Shown here: piece by piece, positions 11,966 through 27,365 of the stretch
Layout of the letters: every line of letters starts with the position of its first letter
Position numbering within the stretch: the stretch's first letter is position 1
Source of the DNA: Bigelowiella natans CCMP2755
Lineage: Eukaryota > Protista > Cercozoa
Direction: 5' to 3'
Length of the DNA: 35,444 nt
Assembly (NCBI GenBank): GCA_000320545.1
Contig: ADNK01001538.1
Coordinates: forward strand, 1 to 35,444
Program-made: the position numbers and the translations under genes
The notes under the pieces: generated by a model
Seen by the model: the letters and a program-made list of their open reading frames with translations, nothing else
Databases searched by the model: none
What the model was told of the DNA's origin: nothing

Positions 11966-14141
11966 CTAAAAGCAGAGACGAGTTGGTCCCACAATACAGC
12001 CCATTCGTATTCCGTGGGTCAAGAATCATTGCCGCCTGTTTCAGGGCATTTGTTGGTTAAAACTCTCATCGCTCTCTTATCTTCTTTCTCCATCGTCGCC
12101 TCCCAACCACGCACTTCTCTCCCACCTGAGCTTCTCATCAAGCATCAACTCTTTAGATTCAGGAGAAGCACCCGACGTGGCCGAGCGATTGTACGTGCTG
12201 TACATGTCCTCCAGGGTCGGGGGGATAGCAAAACCACGGGACGCAAATTCTGAGGAAAAAACAATAAATGAGTGTGATGAAGGCCACGACAGCAGATCTA
12301 CGAGAAAATCCAGGGCTGTGATTATTCATACTGGTGCTCATAAGCTATCAATAATGGGGGGGTAACGAGGGGGGGGGAGGGGGGAGGGTGGTTGACGGAT
12401 AACAAGCGCTATTAGGTTTTTGTTTTCGTAAGTGACCTTTAAACAGACGCGTCTCTAATAAGGAGCCTGTATGAAGCACAACATCGTTAGCTTGCAGCAG
12501 CTGTGGCCCTTCTCACTCAATATCCCCCCACTAAGGTACCCCCCCCCTCCCCCCTCTAAGCCCACAGCGATTTTGTGAGCACCTGCTTTTGAATTCTTGA
12601 TCATGTTCACCCTCTGAATGAACTGCGTGAGCGTCTCCCTACACGCCATGGCGATTGATGATGCGGGGTCATTCGGCGATAGAATCGATGGGGATTGATG
12701 ATGATGGTGATGACGATGATGACGACGATGATGATGATGATGATGATGATTCGATTGAAATAAACAGAGCACAGTCGTGTGTTAATTCCACGTGCATCGT
12801 AGAAAGGAGGGGCATGGGTTGAAGGAATGCAAAAGTTATCATGACGTCAGTGACAGCACAGTAGGAATACAGAATGGACACGTTCCTTCTCCCCTCTCCT
12901 CTCCCTTTTTTCCACTTGTTCATTCTCTGTACTCTTCTTCTTACTCCTACCGAGCGACTCTTTCGCTGTCCTGTATCAGCTTTAGCACCTCGTAAAACCG
13001 CTTTACACGCTTCTGCTCTTGGGGGAGCGCCTTTCCGTTGTAGAACTTCAGGAAGCTTTGCGTCACTACCACCTGCTGCATGCCGATCTGCACGCACGCG
13101 GCCGCCTGGTAATCAGCGGGAAGGAGGGTGGGGGGGGGATAAGATAGCAGTGCCAAAATACAGTCAGAATCTGGGTATCATCTACAAGCAAGGACAAGGC
13201 TGCATCGAAAAGAGAAGGGTCGAAAGCATTATTGTATGGGCGAGAAGCATTCATCGCCAATGCCGTCGTCGTCGTCATCAGCACCATCGTATGAGTCGTA
13301 GCTGCACCACCTGTCTGCGCAATCTAGAAATTTGTTCTTCAGTAAATATCGTCTGGTAAGCTGTGGCTGTCGCCCTCCTCCCCCTCCTCGCCTGTTCCGC
13401 CGAGCCCCCCCCCCCTCCCTCTCCCAGTACTGGAGGGGGAGGCGGGGGGTGGACTGGGAGAGGGGGGATCGGTACGTCTCCGTCTGTCTCTTTGATTAGC
13501 TGCTGCACCTCTTTCTTCGATACTCTGAGGGGGGGATATGAATGATGCAACCACGGTGCGCGATTGATGCATGCAATCGTGTCTGTGGCGGTGATAATGA
13601 TAATGATGACGATAGTGATGATGGTGATGATGATGATGAAAACGTCTCCATGACACTTGCGGCAATCTGCGCAAGCAATTGGCATGTAATACATTGTTAT
13701 TGTTGTTGGGCTACGCTACCTTGACGGTTTATATTCCTCCGGGTCTGTGTGGTCACCCTGCAGTGCGAATGTAATGATAGAAACAATATATAATATTTAT
13801 TTATGTGCGTGTGTGTGTACTTCTGTACGAAAAGACATGCACATATATCACACCCAATTTGCTTCTCTGCTCTATCAGCATAATTACGCACAAGTAAAAA
13901 CAACAAGTGTGTGGATGCGAGTGAGTGCGCCGTCACCTCCTCGTCCACGTATTCATCGTCATCGTCGTCGGGAAAATCCAATAAATCTCCGCACAAAAAA
14001 CGATGATAGTCGTCCAACGTCTCATAACTGTAACATTGTGTGTGTGTGCGCGCGCGCGCGCGCGTGTGTGCGTGTCAAATAAGCTTAACAAAAAAAAATC
14101 TCCCATACACAAAATACACATGTACGCGCGCGCGCAAGAGC

Positions 14142-14204
<63 letters not shown>

Positions 14205-14902
14205 TTCTATAAAAATGAAGGATGGAAGGAAAGGATGAGGGAGTGTTTACTCGTCGTTTCCTTTATGCTGCCCGGTGCTATCATTGACATTGTTTGTATT
14301 AGCAGTAGGAGCTTCAACTTGGTTTTGAGCTGTGGCGGCTTTTCCCTTTCTTCGCGGAGTGCCTCCCTTCCTCGGACTTTTCCGAGTCCTGTAACAAGGC
14401 CAACAAGTAAGTTTTATATTTCCGCGCCCACCACAGCCCCCCCACGCCCAGGATGTCATAATTGTATAATTCACCGTGGAGGCAGAAACATGTTTTCCGC
14501 CGGAGAGTCTTCATCAGGGAGTGTCTAAGAAATACAATTTCAGTGTTTGCCCATGTACGTTAACACTCTTTCGATTGCATGGTTGTAGTTGCTGTGGAGA
14601 CCGTGATGAGCTCCTCAATCGACACATTTTTCATTGGGTTCTTCGTTCTTGTCCGAAGCGATATCATGTCAGAATCTTCAAAGCCCTGGTCCGCCGGCCC
14701 TCTTGTTTCACACGACGGCGGACGTTTGTCGTCCCAGTCGTCTGAATGAATGAAGATGCTCAATAGATCGTTCCGTTTCTAAGCACAGCATGCTGCATTC
14801 GTTGTTTGTTCAAGAACCTGGCCTGAAGTCCTCATCATCCTCATCTTCCTCGTCTATAATGGGCCCAAGAAGAATCTCGAACGCCCCGAAAGTGTCCTCC
14901 AT
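5295..14902 (-). CDS. GON4L/YY1AP1 (Drosophila Mute, plant DUO3)-like nuclear regulator; about 20 exons, long low-complexity middle, C-terminal Myb/SANT-like domain
   Basis: Spliced blocks follow the family order as I recall it: DEEDEDDEDFRP (14902-14818); DMISLRTRTKNPMKNVSIEELI (14741-14602); DDYHRFLCGDLLDFPDDDDDEY; DPEEYKPSRVSKKEVQQLIKE; FTEEQISRLRRQ...QQVVVTQ; LYTPAEIELFAMALEEYG...DFVSIQRYYFRTKSLQNLRQKYKN; then Ser/Gly/Ala-rich exons (ORFs 8605-10662 and 7105-8094); terminal WKRQDDKSILALARKYG...VLQMFNVRSVGEIKKRLQYLI, TGA at 5295-5297. Some internal exon boundaries are uncertain. Confidence 0.8.
10993..11112. repeat. Compound (CA)n(TA)17(GT)n microsatellite with a near-perfect 70-bp palindrome (11043-11112) in a GON4L-like intron
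   Basis: Read directly; 2 mismatches in the arms. Confidence 0.85.
14038..14200. repeat. Intronic (TG)n(CG)n alternating purine-pyrimidine tract followed by a long (AG)n
   Basis: gtgtgtgtgtgcgcgcgcgcgcgcgcgtgtgtg at ~14038-14070; (AG)n at ~14149-14200. Confidence 0.85.
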
Positions 14903-15194
14903 CTCCTCGTCCGTTTAAATCGGTCGCAGGATAATTATGTTCTGCCTGACAAGCGGTGTTTCATTCGCGCCTGTTCTTCTTCCAACCGCTTCGACCCTGC
15001 CTATCACTCCGTTTTTTCCATCTCTAGCTCTTCGCCTCGTAATATAACAAATACTGGGATACGTGCGAAATAGCTGAGTCAGATTTACACAGTCAAAGCG
15101 TGCGCACTTCTCGTCTATGAGGGGAGGCGGGAGACTTGTCCTCCTCTTCCTCAAGGTTTTCAGATCAGAGTACTGTGAGAGATTTAGGCAAAAT

Positions 15195-18100
15195 ATGTGG
15201 GATATTATGTGCTTTCTGAGGGATTACAAAGGAAGATCATGCTGTTCCCGGGAAAAACTCTTGGAAGATAGTCGCATGGTTTATGATTAGGTAATTTCCA
15301 GGGTGAAATTTGAACAGGAAGCCCTTCTACATTCCACAGAAACAAATGCATAGGCTTCAACCTGCGACAAAGATCAGTTGAGTGTCGCAGTCTTTGGTAA
15401 AAAGCACTGCGATGTGGCCACAAATGGCCTCCGCTCAATCGGACATCCTGACATCCTTGACATCCCTTCATCCCTTGCATCACAGAAATTTCAAAATGCC
15501 ATTCCTTGTGACACTGCGACAATGATTTGCTCGATGAACAAAGCATCTGATAGGTTTCGCGGTATTTGCATGCAGTTTGCCTGTCTACGATTTTCCAAAA
15601 TCGCCTAAAATAGTTTCATCTCCACAAGGCAATCTGTGTCTTGCGACAAGCATTCGTCGGAAGTTAAACGAGGTTCAACGGAGCTGCGACAACTGTCGTA
15701 TTTCCAGATTTCAGAAAGCCCCGTCGTCACAAACAGTCGTGAGCAATTCCGAGGCACACTTCGTTCCACCTCCACTACCTCCACCAGGTCGATTGATCAA
15801 GCAGGCGCATGCATAAGGGTTGGTCACATCCTTGCTTCGTTCCCAATACGAACAGCATGAACCGTTCAGTAAAAACTTCTCGAGTGATCCGTGGCTCTAA
15901 GAAGGCAAAGGTGCGACTCTGATGATGGGCCCGAGATTCTTCCTTTTGAGCTGATGTGCTGTTTCACACAGGAGTGCCCATTTTGCGGAGCAGACATGAA
16001 GAAGGATCTCCCAAAGCACATCATGAGTTGCAGGAAGAAGACCTACGCGCCCATTTTCAACATCCTCCCAAAGAACAAGCCCTCCCGACCTAATCTCGAG
16101 AAGGTGTTTGGAAACAAAAGAGGGGAGTGGAATCTCAAAGGTCTGGCGGATAAGCATGGAATTGACATTAAACTGATGCATAACTTCGTCGAAGCAATGT
16201 ATAAATGCCATCTGCTGGGGATTCGGCCGGCAAATTCAGACAGGTCGCACGTCACCTGTGGTCTTCCTCGCTCTCTTTTTCTCTCTCTCTCGCTCTCGCT
16301 CTCTCTTCAACTTTTCCCTCTCACTCTCTCTATGTGTATGTGTGACATTCTACCTCCTTTTTGCATTTTTCGATCATGGTGAGCAGGAGGCTAGAAAAGC
16401 GCAAGTTGTATCATAAGCTTGTCCTTATGGAGGAGACTACAAAGAAGGTCGACACAGACGATGCATGCACGCAGCCTACCAATTAAGGCACACTTTTCTC
16501 CATACATCTCATCAATACATAATCTCCGTGAATTTCACAGAGAAATAGTGTTTTCACCCATTGCTACTCTCGATGATGTTCACAAGCATCCACCTCGTGA
16601 TAATTTCCCTTTGCAACAGGCGAGAACAACGTCGTTGCAGGAACAATTGCAAATGCCTTACCAACGATTCTGCACTTTACTGGAACGATTGAACAAAGCC
16701 AAGCGTGCGGATAACATTGTCGATATGTTTGATCTTGATTTACAATACCCATGTATTGGTAGTGTCATCTGTCGACAAACAGAACATTTTTGGCAGCATT
16801 ATGGGAACGAACTTATCATCGAAACAAGGAACTTTGTACTGAGTAACTCCAAGGACTATCAACACAGAAGATACATAGAAAAACGACTTCTCTGCATAGG
16901 ACTCAGCCGCTCAAAATTACTTATTAGACATCATAAAAAGAAAGATGATAGTTGCGTCACTAGCACGCGACATATCGCCTTTCATGCAATTGTATCAAAT
17001 TATGCGTTAGATCATACCCCCTTTATGAAATCATGGTTGTCGAGGACTCTCGTTGCTCATCAGCAATACCCGCTCCCCCTCAACAAATGCGCCTATCAAA
17101 GCGATAAGCTATTTGGCAAAAGGTTGATACCAGAACACATACCTGATGAAGTGGGGAACTTCGTACAGAGGGAATGGAATTCACTGAACCAACGCGTCGG
17201 GTGGATGTACAGTCGTAAGGACACTGATGCTTTTGTTGCTTCCGAATTCCATCCCCTCTTGTATTTTTCTCCGACAAGGGAATGCAGTATGCTAAACCTC
17301 GCAAAGCTCCATTTTCGATCTTCATCCCCTCACGATTTAAAAAGAAACGGCAGAAGCAGCAGCAGAAGTGTGCCTGTTTTGTGCAAACGCGAAGTTCAAA
17401 AGCTGTTTCCAAACAAACAAATTGACTTTGTGAATCAGGCAATTGTAGAAGTGCCCTCATGCCTGCTACTTATTGCACATCTAGAAGAATTGAACCTCTC
17501 TTACAACAATATTCGGTCACTTCCAGATGATATCTGCCAGCTTCACTGCTTGAAGAGTCTCGAATTTTCAGACAATCGTCTTGTATCTCTGCCCGCAAAG
17601 ACTGGGAACCTGTCGAAACTTGAACGGATAGATCTAGCAAATAATGGCCTCCCTGCCCGAAACGATTGGGAACCTGTCGAAACTTCAATGGCTAGATCTA
17701 CGGCATAATCGCCTCACGTCCCTGCCCGAAACGATTGGGAACCTGTCGAAACTTGAATTGCTAAATCTAGAAATCAATGGCCTCACGTCCCTGCCCGAAA
17801 CGATTGGGAACCTGTCGAAACTTCAATGGCTAGATCTACGGCATAATCGCCTCACGTCCCTGCCCGAAACGATTGGGAACCTGTCGAAACTTGAATCGCT
17901 AAGTCTACATAATAATGGCCTCACGTCCCTGCCCGAAACGATTGGGAACCTGTCGAAACTTGAATCGCTAAATCTACAAAATAATGGCCTCACGTCCCTG
18001 CCCGAAACGATTGGGAACCTGTCGAATCTTAGATGGCTATATCTATATAATAATCGTCTCACGTCCCTGCCCAAAACGCTGTGCCTCCTCGCCCCTCATT

Positions 18101-18727
18101 GTGACATACGTGCAGATTTCAAGGTGGTGGTAGAACCAGAACGGTTAAAACAACAACACGACTTCAAAGAAGGTGGGCATGATCAATGCATTTCCGTTTG
18201 CTGAAGTCATTAGTGAATTTTCTTCACCGTCTCCCTTTTGCCACCTCCTCCCTCCCCCCTTTCCCCCTTGTCGCTCTCGCTCGATTTCTCTGTGCATTCA
18301 GAAGGGAACATCTTCATGTCGGAACACCTGTTCCAGGGAGAGCGAGACGACGATGTAAAGCACGATGAAAGCCAAGTAGTTGACGAACCCGAGAGTAGTT
18401 TTCTTCACATAAATGACACCAGCAACGACGTTGGCATTGCTCATTTATTCTCTGCCGATGTTCTCAACTTCAATCGGAATGTTTCGGGAGTCGAAGAGCC
18501 ATATTCAGGTCACCATCGCTGCATGTCCTTGCAATGTTCACTGTGAACTCCTCGAGGAAAAAACCCTCATCACCACGTCTTCTCCCGACTGTTCTGTACA
18601 TTTAGGAGAGGATACCTCCATGCTGGAATCATTGTTACAAGGAGAGCAAGGCGGCGATATGAAGTGCGAGACAAACCTGATGAGTGAGGATGATAACGAA
18701 TCAATTTCTAAATATCTATTCATCTAA
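15195..18727 (+). pseudogene. C2HC zinc finger + unknown domain + leucine-rich repeat protein, frameshifted by a 5-nt deletion at 17651/17652 (disrupted allele, pseudogene or assembly error)
   Basis: Phase-consistent exons 15195-15278, 15354-15553, 15708-15787, 15870-15910, 15972-16243, 16387-16447, 16620-18172, 18302-18508, 18606-18727. Contains ECPFCGADMKKDLPKHIMSC and about 10 LRRs of 23 aa (LxxLxLxxNxLTSLPETIGNLSK). ORFs 16419-17708 and 17644-18204 join if ACGTC is restored. The 5' exons are less certain. Confidence 0.75.
17574..18078 (+). repeat. Coding tandem array of 69-bp LRR units (~7.4 copies)
   Basis: Units start at 17574, 17643 (64 bp, carries the deletion), 17707, 17776, 17845, 17914, 17983 and 18052 (partial). 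Shared core CTCACGTCCCTGCCCGAAACGATTGGGAACCTGTCGAAACTT. Confidence 0.97.
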
Positions 18728-19695
18728 TGTGAAGCCAAAATCACATTTTCTGGGAGAGCTAGAGAGCATTCACCGTCTTTGCTATCGGCCTTTCGCGTAA
18801 TGCAATGATTGGAAGGCGTCACCAAAGCACGTGAACAATTCATGCTCCACATGACACACACACATGTGTGTGTTCTTGTGTTCATCGTGCATTTGCACAT
18901 TTGTTTGTGTGCACATGCATTGGCGAAAGCGCTGCGGAAATGTGCGTTTTGGCGTTGCACGAATCGTTTGGCTCGCAATAATTGGAGCGCAAATGGGCTC
19001 ATGCTAGCATGTCATCGACAGAGTCATGCACATTGTTGTGTCGTCAAGCTACTTAGGTAGCAGACAGATCAAGTCGACCGTTCATGCATCACGATCAATG
19101 AAGGCCACGCGATCTCGACTGTGATTTTTTTGATTCGATCATCGAACAAAATTGTCTAGCTACTGCTAGAATGCTGCCATGAGATGATGCGGCGTCATTC
19201 ACGCTGACAGGTCATGTGACGTCATGATCAAGACGCACACCGCACAACATTGACACATTTCGACAACATGCGCACTCGTGTCTAGATGCACGAATCTAGG
19301 CATGTCCACATGATGCTAGGATGGCCGTCGCCAGCGGAAGGACAACACAGCACATGCTGGCATGTAGCCGTGCTAGCGTGGCGTGCATGTCCATCGCAGC
19401 AACAACACATTGTTTGAACAGCACGTGTGCTCTTGTTCTAGATTGTTCACAACAGGCACTGTCTCATTGTGTAACAAATGCATGTTCGTCATTGTGACAC
19501 CAGCGATCATTGCACTGAAACCCCCAGAGCCTGAGAAACAGCTGCAGCGTCGTTTTGACGTTTGTCGCACATCACATGCTTGGATTTCATGACTCCAATT
19601 AAGATTCCTGTCGCAGGTGCATTTTGGTAACAGCGATACTGCAAGTGGCGAAGATGAAGCGGATAGACATGTGTGAAGAGGAGGCCCGTATCCAT

Positions 19696-24079
<4,384 letters not shown>

Positions 24080-24408
24080 GATAATCAAACTTCAAGCAGG
24101 TGTCTACGTGCGCAGAGTGGCAGAATGGAGAGTGGTTACGTGCATAGGAGCAAAAGGCGATTTGAAGAAAAAATCGGGCTTAATCCCAGAGGTTTCCCGC
24201 AAAACCACATGGTTTTGGCGAGATATTGGAAATATGGTCATCTTGGTTCAAAGCGAGCTGCGTACCACGATCCACCCGAGATACGAAGGAAGAAAAATAG
24301 GGTTCGAGCGGGTCTCCAGATCCGACGAAACCTCTCTAGATTTCCCGCATTTCTACCGGTAGTGGCCCGGTTTTATTTTTTCAGTAGGAGGCCGGCGGAG
24401 CAGAGAGG

Positions 24409-24448
24409 AAATATCCTAAAAATATCCTAAAAATATCCTAAAATATCC
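24409..24448 (+). repeat. Short tandem repeat, (A)AAATATCCTA about 4 copies, in the divergent PGM / CCDC142-like promoter
   Basis: Four AAATATCC copies at 10-11 bp spacing. Confidence 0.85.
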
Positions 24449-24560
24449 GAGAAACTTCCCGGTCTTTTTTGGCACCGGCAGAGCCGCGATCGCGACTTGG
24501 CTGGGAGAAAAGAGGAACCAGCCGGCCCCTGCCTGCAGCCTGCAGCAAAGCACCTTGCAA

Positions 24561-27365
24561 ATGGAGGGGCATCAGAGTGCTGGACTCAAGGATACGGAGA
24601 GGGGAGGCCTAAATGCTAGACATGTATCCGAGCTTTGGTCGACATCCATGCTCAAGGTTGTGTATATCCTTCATTCTTCTTCAACACTACCACCCCGTCC
24701 GCCCCCCGCCCTCAGCTTCTTGGCGAAATCGGACGGCTGAGCGATTCATATTTCATTCAGGCACAAGCACGGGAACGCCTCAACAAGGTTTTTCCTGGAA
24801 CAGAGGCTCAGGATGAGCGTTCCCGCGACGAGGAGATTCGGAGCCTGGAGCAATTCGTCTTCGGAAAGGTGATTAAACCCATACGCGATCTGCCGTGCTT
24901 CTGCACAGACTACACAACGCCTAAGAGGATGCCGACAGAAGACACAGGCAGAAATGTAGTGTCGGTAGTACCTGGAGCAGATTCTTCCGACGCTGCCGCA
25001 ACAAAGGTTACAACAAAAGCAAGATCTGATGGCGGTGCTTCATCCTCCTCCTCTTCCTCGTTTATCTCTTCTGCCGCCGCTGCTGCCTCAGACCCAAGAG
25101 CAATCGCCTCCCCGAAGCAGTTGAAGGATCGAGGGAAGCTTTTTCTTGAACCTATAGTTGTGAAACACCGCCAGTGGCCACTGCTGCAGATGGACGAGAA
25201 GCGAGACCGAGTGGAAGGTTCAGAGCGAGTAACTGCAAGAGACGCTCCCATCAATATGAAAAAAGGCATGAAAGCAATCACTTCTGGACGGGGAAAACTA
25301 TCTGCTTTGGATGATTTGGTTCGTGACAAGGCCTCATCCTCGTCCTCCCCCCCCCCTGCCACCCAACCGAACAATGCTTTCAGTATCCTTTCTAAGGCCT
25401 CCGACAAGAGGGACGGTATCAAACGACAGAGGGAAAGAAAGGATGAAAGCAAACGGAAGCAGAGCGATGATAGTAGGCTGAGGAGGAAGGAAATGGAATC
25501 CACTCGCCTTGGAAGCACCGCTCACATGGTTTATCCCCCAGTCAGCGCTGCGAACTACTCTCAAGTCTGCCAAGCTCTAGCCTCCGCAACACGTGGTCTC
25601 CTTGCGCAGAAACTGGACCCCCTGCTTCATGAGGAGGAGGAGGAGGAGGAGGAGGAGGAAGAAGAGGAAGAGGAGAAAGAAGGGGAGGAGGAGCACAAAA
25701 AGTCTGAAGACGGGAAAGAGAAGAGCGAGAAGGGCATCGACGACAAAAAGGGGGTAGGGAAACACGTGATGGCGAAGGCTGGTAGTAGACGCAAAAAGAA
25801 GAAGAAGAAGAAGAAGAAGAAGAAGAAGCGAGAACGGAACACTATCGACCCCGACAAGGACGATGCCCTCCGCCCTGCTGAGCATTTCATTCGCCTGGCT
25901 CGCATCATCCGGGACGAGCTGTCGCCATCGTCATCATCCTCCCCCTCCTCCTCTTCCTCGTCGTCGTCCTCCTCCTTTGAGCGAGAGATGGCATTCGAAA
26001 CTCTCTACACAGGTGTGCAATGGCTGATTCAGCGAACAGAGGAGGCATCTCTTTGGGCAGCAGCCCCTGGAATCCGCCACAGCCGCATTATTAGATGTGC
26101 CAGCAGCGAAGGCCTCCGGGACAGGGGCGGCAGCAACGACCGCGACGACGAAGACGCTGTGAGCTCCGAACGGAAGGCGCGGCTTTTCTCAGCTCTGACC
26201 CTCGCTGCAAACCTGTCAGATGGACTCGAAGCGATCAGAATATCATCCTCCAAGCTGCAACTAGGAGGAGGAGGAGAAGAGGAGAAAGGCGGTGTAAGTG
26301 ATGTTGCTGGTGGTGGTGGAGGAGGAGGAGGCGACGGACAAAGACCAGGAGTTAAGAAGAAGGCGGGCTTGAAACCAATCCCCCCTCAGGAGACGAAGAA
26401 CGAGACGAACGTACCAGAACAGGGCTCGTCTGAATGCGTCATTGCCCCGACAAAAAAGTATGAGAAATCTAAAGAATCTAAAAAATCGTTGGTTCTTCTG
26501 AAACGCGACGCAGAGCTGCTACGCGGACGGCTGCTGGAGGGATGGGACCGTGATTTCACTGAATACATGCATTGGCTCTGGCGACGGCTGCTTGCAGCAG
26601 ACACAAAGGTCTAATTTTGCGCGACTTAGTCTTAGATTCCGTTGTTCTTTTTCCTCTGTATTTTTCACAGGCGCAGGTGAATATATCCCCCCCCCCCATC
26701 ATCAAATTCGAAGAAGAGAATGCATAAATGCTTGCGTGTGTGCGTTTACGTAGAGGGCGTTCATCCTCCAGCAGCTTGCTTCAAAGCCAAGCAAGCACAT
26801 GTCCGTTGCCGTCTCCATGGTCCTCGGCCCGCTGCGACAGCATGCGAAGGCCCTCCGTTGTGCCGACGTCATCAACTGGCTTCCCTTCACGATGCTCAAC
26901 GTCTTTCTCGGCACATATCTGCAAGCCATCCAGGAAAGCAACCTCCGCGTGAACCGCCAAGGGGCTGCCCTCCTCCTCTATAACGTTGCGCATGTCAAGG
27001 AGTGGTTTGGCCAGGGGAAGCGCGAAGGGGAGAGGTTTGAGTGCATCGCCGCAGTGCAACGCCTTCGACTAGTAGCGGTCGCTTTGATGTCCCCCGATGT
27101 GTTGAAGGGCAAGGCAGGAATGTCGGCGCAAGTGAGTCCGGAGGCGGGGGGGGGGGATGATATGAAGTCCGGAGCGCGGGCGTCAGTCAAACGCTGCTGG
27201 TTTGATAGTTATCCAAACGTAAAGGCATTGCTCGAGGCACCTGATTGCCCTGTTCGTCGACCCCGACTTCTTCCCTTGCAGCTTCCAGAGCTCAGTGCCT
27301 GGTTGCGTCTCAGTTCCTCCCGCTTTGTACAGGACTGGAGGGCAGCACTCGCGGCCTCTCCGTAG
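24561..27365 (+). CDS. Large low-complexity protein with a CCDC142-like / CATCHR-type helical C-terminal domain; at least 3 exons
   Basis: Exons ~24561-24656, 24760-26608, 26770-27365, all phase 0. The C-terminal PSKHMSVAVSMVLGPL...FLGTYLQAIQESNLRVNRQGAALLLYNVAHVKEWF...VQRLRLVAVALMSP...SAWLRL resembles, from memory, the CCDC142 WLDHIL..GIRFSLQGALQLKQDF block. Poly-E, poly-K and poly-S tracts lie in the middle. Coding status is firm; the family call is tentative. Confidence 0.6.

Noticed and set aside
17574-18078. CRISPR-like look (constant repeat plus variable spacer)
   Set aside because: Units are exactly 23 codons in frame, the spacers are homologous LRR strands, no cas genes are present and the context is eukaryotic.
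24409-24448. Interstitial telomere repeat
   Set aside because: The 10-11 bp unit matches no telomere repeat I recognise, and there are only four copies.
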